Shown here piece after piece: positions 9,069 to 17,476 of a DNA stretch of 23,265 nucleotides; the first letter of the stretch is position 1; every line of letters begins with the position of its first letter. Origin of the DNA: Elainellaceae cyanobacterium (GTDB taxonomy: Bacteria; Cyanobacteriota; Cyanobacteriia; CAZCXK01); contig JBNPEG010000063.1 of the NCBI GenBank assembly GCA_051117555.1, positions 67,880 to 91,144 of the forward strand. The letters run 5' to 3'. Made by a program: the position numbers and the translations under genes. The notes beneath the pieces are model-generated. The model had not been told where the DNA came from, searched no databases, and saw only the letters and a list, made by a program, of their open reading frames with translations.

Positions 9069-10862
9069 TATAGTCAACGTTTTCAGACGTTTGATGATCA
9101 TTGTTTTTGTGAACGCCCGAACATGAGTTGACAAATATCCCAGTGAATTCAGATCAGTACGCTTGGAAAAAATAATAAAAACAGGATTAGCAAACACAGG
9201 CTTAAACGCCTTCATTAGCCAAGCTAGCTGGTTTAAATCGGTCATTTGCAGATTTTCCTTATGAAATAAAACCCAGTCTATTGGAGGTCGATCCACTAGG
9301 CGATCGCCCTCTGCTTGAAACTGCTGAGGAAATATGCGAATAAATTCACCCGGAGCTATTATTCTTTCCTGGCTTTTGATGTGTTGTTTGACAAATTCAG
9401 CCGCCTCGATCCACCCCAAATCATGGTCGGGGAATGGCAGTAAAAACGACGTGCATTGCTTATCCTCTGACTGAGGCACATCCGGAAAAATCTGAACTCG
9501 ATGCAGGGCAACTCCAACCTGCCGAGTATCCAGATTATTAGAGTCAATAGACTGTAACGTCCGGGTTTCAGGAACCTTAAATGTCAGGCGAATAAAATCG
9601 CGAGTATCATCGAACTGATTGGCTTGAATAGAGCTCTGAAGAATTGTCAAGGTTTCTCTAACTAGAATCGCACGTAGGAAAAGACGTTGATTATTAGCGC
9701 TAATTTCGAGGCTCTCTAGGGGGTCAGGCAAGACCGAATTAATCATCCAAAATCGGACAATAAATGGGGCGGCATTCTGTAATCGAAAATCTAGTGTTGA
9801 GATGGGGGTAGGGCCAGTCCAGCGAAAGGCAATTACGTGTTGATTGTCGCCTTCTCGCTGATGCCATCCATGCCCGTGAATGGGCTGTGATGCAACAAAA
9901 TCGACTGACATCTGAGGTGGTGTATCCTCAACAAATCGGCGCTCATAATGCTGAATCAACGATGGGATGAGTCCATCAGCATGTGCGAAGCCCTCATTAT
10001 GATTAGCGATCTCACCGGTGAGATCGCGAGGATGACTTGAATCAGATATCAAAGTTTGTACCATCTGCTGAAAGCTGCGTTTAAATAGATGGGTTGCGTA
10101 GTCATATAGCTCAATATCCAGTCGATTCAGCTCCCGTGCCTCGTCCAATACATCAGGAGAGACATCCGGCCGACGCCGTTGAGGTGCTTGATTAAGCCGT
10201 TCAACCGGCTCGAACGGATACCAGCCAAAAATGTAAGACAGCAGCAGCATTGAATCTTGAAAGTGCTCAACCAGCCCCACAAAGGCAAATTCATCGAGCC
10301 GTTGCTTGGCGATCGCCAGCAGTTCATCATCGGGCATCTCCAGAAGAGTCATCTCGGTGATGCCATCCAGACCGCATGGGGTTGTGGCATGGCGATTACG
10401 GGCGCGAATATGGGGCGATCGCACATCCATATCCATAACCAGACTGCGAGTTTGCAAATTTGCAACCGTACATCGCGTATCAGGGCTGCGAATAAAATCA
10501 GCCAAGCTCATGGTCTGTGACGCAACAAACTGATGAAAAAAATCGTAGGGGTGACGGCAGACACTTTCGTAGTACGAAATAACCCGATCGATAGGATTTC
10601 TCAGCACCGTAATATAGACAGGCTTTTTGTCTAACACCCAATGAATGGGATAGCCAAAATGTCCTCTAAAAAATCGATAGTTATTACGGGACTCAGGTGA
10701 AAGATCGAGCAACTCTGACCAAAATCGAGCCGGACAAATGTCATCCAGCTCAAACTTGCCATCCAGGAGATGATACAGCGTCGTTCCTGCTGTCTTAGGA
10801 ATGTGCAGGAAATAAAGCAAATCATGAGGCTGTAGCCGATACTCAAGGGCAGAAGATTTCAT
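9042..10862 (-). CDS. Multidomain sulfotransferase (Sulfotransfer_2-like N-terminal domain), paralog B
   Basis: YFLHIPKTAGTT, RGHFGY, VLRNPIDRVISYY and LNRLDIELY. Colinear with paralog A over nearly the whole length. Confidence 0.85.
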   Translation of the reverse strand: MKSSALEYRLQPHDLLYFLHIPKTAGTTLYHLLDGKFELDDICPARFWSELLDLSPESRNNYRFFRGHFGYPIHWVLDKKPVYITVLRNPIDRVISYYESVCRHPYDFFHQFVASQTMSLADFIRSPDTRCTVANLQTRSLVMDMDVRSPHIRARNRHATTPCGLDGITEMTLLEMPDDELLAIAKQRLDEFAFVGLVEHFQDSMLLLSYIFGWYPFEPVERLNQAPQRRRPDVSPDVLDEARELNRLDIELYDYATHLFKRSFQQMVQTLISDSSHPRDLTGEIANHNEGFAHADGLIPSLIQHYERRFVEDTPPQMSVDFVASQPIHGHGWHQREGDNQHVIAFRWTGPTPISTLDFRLQNAAPFIVRFWMINSVLPDPLESLEISANNQRLFLRAILVRETLTILQSSIQANQFDDTRDFIRLTFKVPETRTLQSIDSNNLDTRQVGVALHRVQIFPDVPQSEDKQCTSFLLPFPDHDLGWIEAAEFVKQHIKSQERIIAPGEFIRIFPQQFQAEGDRLVDRPPIDWVLFHKENLQMTDLNQLAWLMKAFKPVFANPVFIIFSKRTDLNSLGYLSTHVRAFTKTMIIKRLKTLTIALRAQICV

Positions 10863-10895
10863 TCAAACTAGACTCATTTTGTCTCGCAGACTAGA

Positions 10896-11022
10896 TATAG
10901 CAATCCTAAATCATTCATGAAATGGGAGTGCGGGCATCTTGCCCGCGTTGGCAACGCCTCTCCATCAGGAGAAGCGAGACGCTCGCACTGGAAATGCTTA
11001 CAAATCATTTGGGATTGCTATA
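10896..11022. mobile_element. 127-bp MITE with TA-flanked terminal inverted repeats and internal REP-like palindromes
   Basis: tatagcaatcctaaatcatt ... aatcatttgggattgctata. Internal gcgggcatcttgcccgc and gcgagacgctcgc hairpins are bracketed by agtgcg / cgcact. Confidence 0.8.
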
Positions 11023-11027
11023 GGTAC

Positions 11028-12365
11028 TTAAAGACATCGAGAATATACATCAAGCAGGCGTTTACTATAGTTTTCTTGGCTAAAGTGTTGTGCCCTTTCT
11101 TTCCCAGCATTTGAAAGAGACAATTGGAGCGCTTCATCTTGCAATAATTTCTCTAGCGTTTCGCGCATATTTCTCATGTCGTACGGATCGACATATAATG
11201 CTGCATCGCCGCAAATCTCCGGCAAAGACGACGCATTGGACGTAATCACCGGACACCCGAACGACATTGCTTCGAGGGGCGGAAGCCCAAAGCCTTCATA
11301 TAGAGACGGAAAAACAAAACAGGTTGCCCCAGAATAGAGATATCGCAGGTCTTCGCTGCTGACATATTCTAATAACTTGACTTTTCGTTGAGCCTGTCGT
11401 TGCCCAAAGATAGCATCAATTTTGCCAATTTCATTCGCCCATAACCACCCGCGTTTGCCTACAATCACCAGAGGGATTTTGGTGTCGATTCCTGAAAATG
11501 CATCGATTAACCGACCCACATTTTTCTTAGGTTCAATGGCACCTACGAAGAGAATATAATCCTTAGGTTTAAGCTTAAATTTCTTGAGGTACTCAGGGAG
11601 AACCTGTTCTTCATTTTGTGAGAATGGCCGGAGCGCAATGGGCTGATACGTCACTCGAACCTTGTCTGGATCGACATCAAAAATAGACAAGATATCGTGT
11701 TTAGAATTTTCTGACACCGTTGCGATTAGATCTGAATGTTTGATGGCATCCTGAATCAACTTATAGAACATCTTTTTGTTGTCTAATGTTGTATACGGAA
11801 GCCGTAGGGGAATCAGGTCATGAATGGTGGTAATCTTTTTGGTTCCTTTCACCCGAACGGGTAATGGATAGGTTGCATGAAAAATGTCGACCTTTTTAGG
11901 AATTGAAACGCTTGATGATAATTCTAAAAACTTAAACAACGAATTAGAATTTTGGTAGCAACCGGCTAAATTAAAGACTTCTACCGAGTCAATAAAACTA
12001 GCAACTGAATTAATAAAACTACTATTTACCGGGCTTTTGACAACGATGCCCTTGGTGTTGATGGGCATCGCCTTTCGAGGAATTCCTCCTGCTGTCAAGG
12101 CTGCATTGGTAAACCATTTAGCGGCTTTGAACGCGCTGAATCGTTGAAGAAGACCGGGTTCTTCAGTCAAAACATCGAAGAATAAAATTTCATCGAGGGT
12201 GGGATTATTGGTGTTGCTAATTTCTCGACTAAAGAGAATATCAACCCCAGCTCCAAGCTGCTTTAACGTTTTAATGAGGCTAATTCCATAGGTTTTGATT
12301 CCGGTTCCTTGGATGAGTTGGAGATTGTATCCATCCACCAACACGTTGACGTCATTCAGATTCAT
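11028..12365 (-). CDS. Glycosyltransferase family 4 (GT-B fold, mannosyl/rhamnan-type)
   Basis: GTGIKTY, TTIHDLIPL, ATVSENSK, LFVGAIEPKKN and FPSLYEGFGLPPLEAMSFGCPVITSN (EX7E motif). Confidence 0.92.
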   Translation of the reverse strand: MNLNDVNVLVDGYNLQLIQGTGIKTYGISLIKTLKQLGAGVDILFSREISNTNNPTLDEILFFDVLTEEPGLLQRFSAFKAAKWFTNAALTAGGIPRKAMPINTKGIVVKSPVNSSFINSVASFIDSVEVFNLAGCYQNSNSLFKFLELSSSVSIPKKVDIFHATYPLPVRVKGTKKITTIHDLIPLRLPYTTLDNKKMFYKLIQDAIKHSDLIATVSENSKHDILSIFDVDPDKVRVTYQPIALRPFSQNEEQVLPEYLKKFKLKPKDYILFVGAIEPKKNVGRLIDAFSGIDTKIPLVIVGKRGWLWANEIGKIDAIFGQRQAQRKVKLLEYVSSEDLRYLYSGATCFVFPSLYEGFGLPPLEAMSFGCPVITSNASSLPEICGDAALYVDPYDMRNMRETLEKLLQDEALQLSLSNAGKERAQHFSQENYSKRLLDVYSRCL

Positions 12366-12453
12366 AGTTATCTCAAGCCCATGATGTAATAACTAGCAAC
12401 TTAGCGCGTAGGGTGCGATCGCCCGGTAATGGGTTGAATAGAGCAGCTCAGGT

Positions 12454-13770
12454 TCAAGGGGTGGGTTCTGGCTGCCGCTCATGGCTCGATCGCCACGAGG
12501 ATGGCATATAGATTAATCCACGAGTTGTCTTTGGCGCCGTTACGTCGTGACTCGATATGACTGTTAAAGCGGCAGCATTATCAGATTTGAACAACAGCGT
12601 ATCACCGTCCGGAGACGACTCGGTTAGCGTAACATGAACCTTGTGTCGTCCTTGGCGAAGCAATAGCTCTGGAATAATGCAATCGATGTAGCTCTCTCCG
12701 TGTGACTCTAAATATGCATCAGCCTGATGAAATGATGATTCAAAACTGCTGATGCAAATCTGATCGCCGACGGTCAGCAGTTGCACCACTGATTTGAGGG
12801 TTTGAATGCGCCGATGTGCGACAAATCGAATCCGAATAATCAGGGTTTCTAACGTGCGGAACTGCTCTTGAGATATTCCAATTGTGTTGAGCAGTTCTAT
12901 CCCAATTACGTCAAAAAATTCAGGTTCCTGATGATGAACAGTTGCTTTGGATTTGGCGCGGTTCGAAAGCCGTCGTTTCCTCCGTTTCATGCGAGGCGGC
13001 AGTTCATTATCCGGGAGTTCATAAAACTGCTCGCAGACTTCAACAGCAGGACCAATGGCTTTGGTCACACCTTTATGCAACAGCAACGCTCGATGGCAGA
13101 GCTGCTCAACTTTTGGCACCAGATGCGACACAAATACAATAGTGGCTCCCGAACTGACAATTTCTTCCATGCGCTGGAAACATTTGTCCTTAAAGCGCCA
13201 GTCACCCGTTGCTAAGACCTCATCGAGGAGTAAGACATCAGGCTCTACCAGATTAACTGCAACCGAAAACCCCAATCGCCCTTTCATTCCTGAACTGTAG
13301 GTCTTGACGGGCGCGTCAATAAAATCGCCGATGTCAGCAAAGTCAAGAATTTCATCGAGTTTGTGATCGACGTCTCGCTTTGGAATTCCCAGGATGGCGG
13401 CGTTGGTATAAATATTTTCTCGCCCGGTCAGGAGGGGTTGAAAGCCTGCCCCTAAGGTAATCAGGGCTCCCACCCTGCCTCGCAGCGTGATTTTTCCTTG
13501 GGTGGGTTTCAGAAGGCCATGCAGCAGCTTGAGTAGAGTAGTTTTTCCAGAACCGTTAACGCCGATAATGCCGAATGCCTCTCCTCGCTTTAACTCAAAG
13601 TTGACATCAGTCAATGCCCAAAATTCTTTTTTACGAAGAGTCGTGCTGGGGTTACGCTTTAGCAGCAGTTCGTCGGCGAGGTCTTGCAAGCCATACCGGA
13701 GCGATCGCTTCAAATCTTTGCAGTATTTCTTTGAAACCCCTTCTACACTTACTGTAATTTCGTCATACAT
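12454..13770 (-). CDS. wzt: Polysaccharide ABC transporter ATP-binding protein with a C-terminal extension (Wzt_C-like)
   Basis: FWALTDVNFEL, Walker A GVNGSGKTT, GAGFQPLLTGREN, signature YSSGMKGRLGF, Walker B LLLDEVLATGD and VSH, plus a ~150-aa beta-rich C-terminal domain. Confidence 0.92.
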   Translation of the reverse strand: MYDEITVSVEGVSKKYCKDLKRSLRYGLQDLADELLLKRNPSTTLRKKEFWALTDVNFELKRGEAFGIIGVNGSGKTTLLKLLHGLLKPTQGKITLRGRVGALITLGAGFQPLLTGRENIYTNAAILGIPKRDVDHKLDEILDFADIGDFIDAPVKTYSSGMKGRLGFSVAVNLVEPDVLLLDEVLATGDWRFKDKCFQRMEEIVSSGATIVFVSHLVPKVEQLCHRALLLHKGVTKAIGPAVEVCEQFYELPDNELPPRMKRRKRRLSNRAKSKATVHHQEPEFFDVIGIELLNTIGISQEQFRTLETLIIRIRFVAHRRIQTLKSVVQLLTVGDQICISSFESSFHQADAYLESHGESYIDCIIPELLLRQGRHKVHVTLTESSPDGDTLLFKSDNAAALTVISSHDVTAPKTTRGLIYMPSSWRSSHERQPEPTP

Positions 13771-13785
13771 TCAGATATCACTCCC

Positions 13786-14649
13786 TTAGCGCTCAATCAA
13801 AATCGGAATCGCGACACGGTATATGACCCATCCCACCAGCAGGAGCACCAACGCAATGACGGCAATGAAGACAAAAAAGATGGGATTGTTTAACTGCCCT
13901 TTCAGAGTGAGATCAATCGTACCGCTTAGCAATGGGGTCACAGGATTCAAATCCACCAGCATGGTGTAGGGCCAATTTTCAGGAGGGGGATACACCACAG
14001 GAGTCAGAAAAAACCAAAACCGAGTCAGGAACGGCATAGCCGACGCGACATCGGTGTAAAGGCTACCGACAGGCACAAGAAATAGCCCCAATCCAATGCC
14101 CAAAAACATGAGTAAGAGAGCTGCAAACGGAGCGAGAAGAATGCCCCACGTCACCTGGATCTGGAACCCAACGAAGACAACCGCTAGCACTAAAAACTGA
14201 ATCGCTTGGTCAAACAGCAATTCACCCACGGCGGCTAACAATAACCCCTCAATCGGCATTCGAATGGTCGTCAACAACTGTTTGCCGTCTCGCATCGCTT
14301 TGAGAGGGAGCTCAAAGCTTCTGGCAAACAAGATCCACAGAGCCGTCGCAAACATGACATAAATTGGATATGGAATCGACGTATCGCGAATGGCGATTAC
14401 GCCACTGTTTTTCAGCGCTGTCGATGTCGCCGCGACGATGATGGGCGGCAAGAATGCCCAAAGTGGACCCAAGGCAGCCTGCCGATAGCGAATGCTGATG
14501 GCTTTGTAGAGTAGCTGCCAGGCAAGCTCTCTAGAGTTCAGCAAGTCTTGACCCATTTGCTTAATAAGCACGCTGGGTCGTCGTAGCTGACTCTCTGGAG
14601 TAAAGACAATAATCTCCTGCGAAGCGTTTGCGTCCCGTTCCAGATGCAA
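13786..14649 (-). CDS. wzm: Polysaccharide ABC transporter permease
   Basis: RYRQAALGPLWAFLPP, FFLTPVVYP and LNPVTPL motifs with about six hydrophobic segments. The TTG start is preceded by GAGGAGG at 7-nt spacing. The gene lies directly upstream of wzt. Confidence 0.92.
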   Translation of the reverse strand: MHLERDANASQEIIVFTPESQLRRPSVLIKQMGQDLLNSRELAWQLLYKAISIRYRQAALGPLWAFLPPIIVAATSTALKNSGVIAIRDTSIPYPIYVMFATALWILFARSFELPLKAMRDGKQLLTTIRMPIEGLLLAAVGELLFDQAIQFLVLAVVFVGFQIQVTWGILLAPFAALLLMFLGIGLGLFLVPVGSLYTDVASAMPFLTRFWFFLTPVVYPPPENWPYTMLVDLNPVTPLLSGTIDLTLKGQLNNPIFFVFIAVIALVLLLVGWVIYRVAIPILIER

Positions 14650-14872
14650 TGCGTTTCCTCCTCACGTCTTGGCGTTACATCAGCGTCACATCGTCGCATG
14701 TTAATTTTTTGAGACATGCTGGAGACGATAATACTCTATTCATTGCGTCCGGAAAACATTCGGGACAGAGGAGAAGACTCGACTGAATGTCTGATACGGT
14801 ATCTTATAGCGATTCGTCTCGGCTCGTTGTTTCGGGTGCGATCGCCCTTTCTGTGGTGTTCTCGTTAGGTCA

Positions 14873-15997
14873 ATGAGAGTAGCGGTTGTTCATGAGTGGT
14901 TGGTTAACTATGCCGGATCAGAACGGGTTGTAGAGCAAATTCTCTCCCTGTATCCTGATGCTGCACTCTATAGCCTGGTTAACTTTTTAGACGACTCCTC
15001 AACCGACTTTATTCATCATCGGTCAGTCCATACGTCATTTATTCAAAATCTGCCGTTTGCGACGCGCTCATTTCGCAGCTATTTACCGCTGATGCCCCTC
15101 GCGATTGAGCAGCTAGACGTGTCTGGCTACGATGTCGTAATTTCGAGCAGCCATGCCGTTGCGAAGGGCGTCATCACCCGAGCTGACCAGCTTCACATTA
15201 GCTATGTGCATACTCCGATTCGCTATGCCTGGGATTTGCAACACCAATATCTGCACGGAGCAGGGCTAAAGCACGGAATCAAAGGGGCGATCGCCCGTCT
15301 CATCCTGCACTATCTGCGGCTTTGGGATCTTGCCAGCGCCAACCGAGTCGATTATTTTGTTGCCAATTCGCATTATGTTGCCCGCCGCATCTGGAAAACG
15401 TATCGTCGCAGGGCTACGGTGATTTATCCGCCCGTTGCAGTGCAGCGGTTTGATCCTCATTGTCAGCGAGAAAATTTTTACTTCGTGCTCGCGCGCTTTG
15501 TGCCGTATAAGCAGGTTGAGCTGATTGTAGCGGCATTCGTTCGCTTGGGCTTGCCCCTCGTCGTCATGGGAGACGGCCCCGATGAACGCAAGCTTCGTCG
15601 CCTGGCTGCACCCAATATCCGGTTTCTTACCCCCCAGTCTGAGACAGTCGTCGCTAGCTATATGGCGCGATGTAAAGCTTTTGTGTATGCGGCAGAAGAA
15701 GATTTTGGCATTGCTGCCGTTGAAGCTCAAGCAGCGGGTGCGCCAGTAATTGCGTTCGGCAAAGGAGGCGTCACAGAAACGGTGATTCCTGGAAAGACCG
15801 GACTCTTTTTTGAAGAACAATCCGTCGAGAGTTTGATCAAGAGCATTAAAGAATTTGAATCCGGCGTCCATCAATTTAATCCGGATTATGCCCGACACAA
15901 TGCTGAACGATTCGCATCGGAACGATTCTGTCAAGAATTTTCTCAGTTCGTAGAACAAAAATGGACACATTTTCGGCGGGGTGATGGCATACAGTAG
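14873..15997 (+). CDS. Glycosyltransferase family 4 (WbaZ-like)
   Basis: MRVAVVHEWLVNYAGSERV, ISSSHAVAKG, YVHTPIRYAWD and EEDFGIAAVEAQAAGAPVIAFGKGG. Confidence 0.92.
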   Translation: MRVAVVHEWLVNYAGSERVVEQILSLYPDAALYSLVNFLDDSSTDFIHHRSVHTSFIQNLPFATRSFRSYLPLMPLAIEQLDVSGYDVVISSSHAVAKGVITRADQLHISYVHTPIRYAWDLQHQYLHGAGLKHGIKGAIARLILHYLRLWDLASANRVDYFVANSHYVARRIWKTYRRRATVIYPPVAVQRFDPHCQRENFYFVLARFVPYKQVELIVAAFVRLGLPLVVMGDGPDERKLRRLAAPNIRFLTPQSETVVASYMARCKAFVYAAEEDFGIAAVEAQAAGAPVIAFGKGGVTETVIPGKTGLFFEEQSVESLIKSIKEFESGVHQFNPDYARHNAERFASERFCQEFSQFVEQKWTHFRRGDGIQ

Positions 15998-16008
15998 TAG
16001 CGTGAGGA

Positions 16009-17466
16009 GTGAAAATTCGCATGCAGCTTAACCGCACGTTACGTCCGACTATTAAGGCGCTGACAGTTTCTACCCTGTCTTGGCCCACCATTGCGCTGAT
16101 GATGGGGGCCGATCTGATCGGGCTAGTCGTTTCTGGGATACTCAGCGTCCATCTTGGGCAGTTTTTTGATGGCCCCGATGTCAATCCTGAAATCTATTGG
16201 CAGCTTTGGCCTGTTTTGGGGCTTTTTATTTTGTCCTACGCGACATTTGGGCTCTATCCAGGGGTTGCGATTAGCCCAGTCGACGAATTGCGATGGATTA
16301 GCGTTTCGACGACGCTCATTTACCTAGTCTTGGGGTCTGCAATTTTCTTATTCCGTGAGGGAGAAATCTATTCGCGGGGTGCGTTCCTATTAGCGTGGGC
16401 GTTGTCGCTGTTTTTGGTGCATTTAAGCCGAGCATTGGTGCGATCGCTGTTTGCCTCCAAACGATGGTGGGGATATCCCGTAATTGTATTGGGCGCAGGC
16501 AAAACAGGTGATATGGTCATCCGGACGCTACAGCGTCGACCCCGTATTGGTCTAAAGCCGGTTTTGGTGCTGGATGATGACCCGAATAAGCGCGGCACCT
16601 TGCACGATGTGCCCGTTGTCGGAGGCGTTGAATTGGCCCCTCGATTGGCTCGGATTCGTCGCATTCCCTACGCCATTGTGGCGATGCCTGGAGTCCCGCG
16701 CGATCGCCTCCTCAACCTGCTCGAACGATATGGTCAGACGTTTGCTCATCTGCTGATCATTCCCGATTTGTTTGGGTTTTCGAGTTTGTGGGTGGCGGCT
16801 AAAGATCTAGGTGGCGTCTTAGGGCTCGAAGTCCGGCAGCAATTGCTGCTGCCAGGTCCACGGATTGCCAAGTTTTGTATTGATTTATCCTGTACTCTGA
16901 TTGGCGGAACGCTGCTGCTGCCTCTACTAGGGCTAATCATTATTTTGATTCGAATCGATTCACCCGGGCCTGTCTTCTATGGGCAGATCCGCATTGGGCA
17001 GCGCGGGCGAAAATTTAAAGCGTGGAAATTTCGCTCAATGGTGCAGAATGCAGACAAAGTTTTATCTGACTACCTCCAGCAGCATCCCGAACTGCGAGAC
17101 GCCTGGGAAACACATCACAAACTTCGAAAAGACCCCCGTGTGACCCGCGTGGGGAAGTTCTTACGGCGAACCAGCCTTGACGAACTGCCTCAACTCTGGA
17201 ATATTTTGCGAGGAGAAATGAGCCTCGTCGGCCCTCGTCCTATTGTGGATGAAGAACTCTGGCGATACGGAGATAAGTTTACGCTCTATACAAAGGTAAC
17301 GCCTGGCCTAACAGGGCTCTGGCAAGTGTCTGGGCGCAATGACATCACCTATGAAGAGCGGGTTAACCTAGACGCCTATTACGTCCGCAACTGGTCAGTT
17401 TGGCTCGATATCTACATTTTGATGCGTACCGTTTGGGTGGTGTTCGTTGGAGAAGGCGCATACTAG
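16009..17466 (+). CDS. wbaP: Undecaprenyl-phosphate hexose-1-phosphate transferase (WbaP-type initiating enzyme)
   Basis: Four N-terminal TM segments, a Rossmann-like VIVLGAGKTG and a catalytic domain (KFRSM, DPRVTRVGKFLRRTSLDELPQLWN, SLVGPRP, PGLTGLWQVSGRN). The start may be GTG 16009 or ATG 16021. Sugar specificity cannot be read from the sequence. Confidence 0.9.
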   Translation: MKIRMQLNRTLRPTIKALTVSTLSWPTIALMMGADLIGLVVSGILSVHLGQFFDGPDVNPEIYWQLWPVLGLFILSYATFGLYPGVAISPVDELRWISVSTTLIYLVLGSAIFLFREGEIYSRGAFLLAWALSLFLVHLSRALVRSLFASKRWWGYPVIVLGAGKTGDMVIRTLQRRPRIGLKPVLVLDDDPNKRGTLHDVPVVGGVELAPRLARIRRIPYAIVAMPGVPRDRLLNLLERYGQTFAHLLIIPDLFGFSSLWVAAKDLGGVLGLEVRQQLLLPGPRIAKFCIDLSCTLIGGTLLLPLLGLIIILIRIDSPGPVFYGQIRIGQRGRKFKAWKFRSMVQNADKVLSDYLQQHPELRDAWETHHKLRKDPRVTRVGKFLRRTSLDELPQLWNILRGEMSLVGPRPIVDEELWRYGDKFTLYTKVTPGLTGLWQVSGRNDITYEERVNLDAYYVRNWSVWLDIYILMRTVWVVFVGEGAY

Positions 17467-17476
17467 TGACGACCCG

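Noticed and set aside
8882..9073. 63-aa plus-strand ORF, and similarly 4578-4799 and 10917-11114
   Set aside because: These lie largely within palindromic repeat elements or antisense to real genes and show no transposase or other motifs.
15266..15970. 234-aa minus-strand ORF
   Set aside because: It is fully antisense to a well-supported GT4 gene and has no recognisable motif, so it is treated as a shadow ORF.
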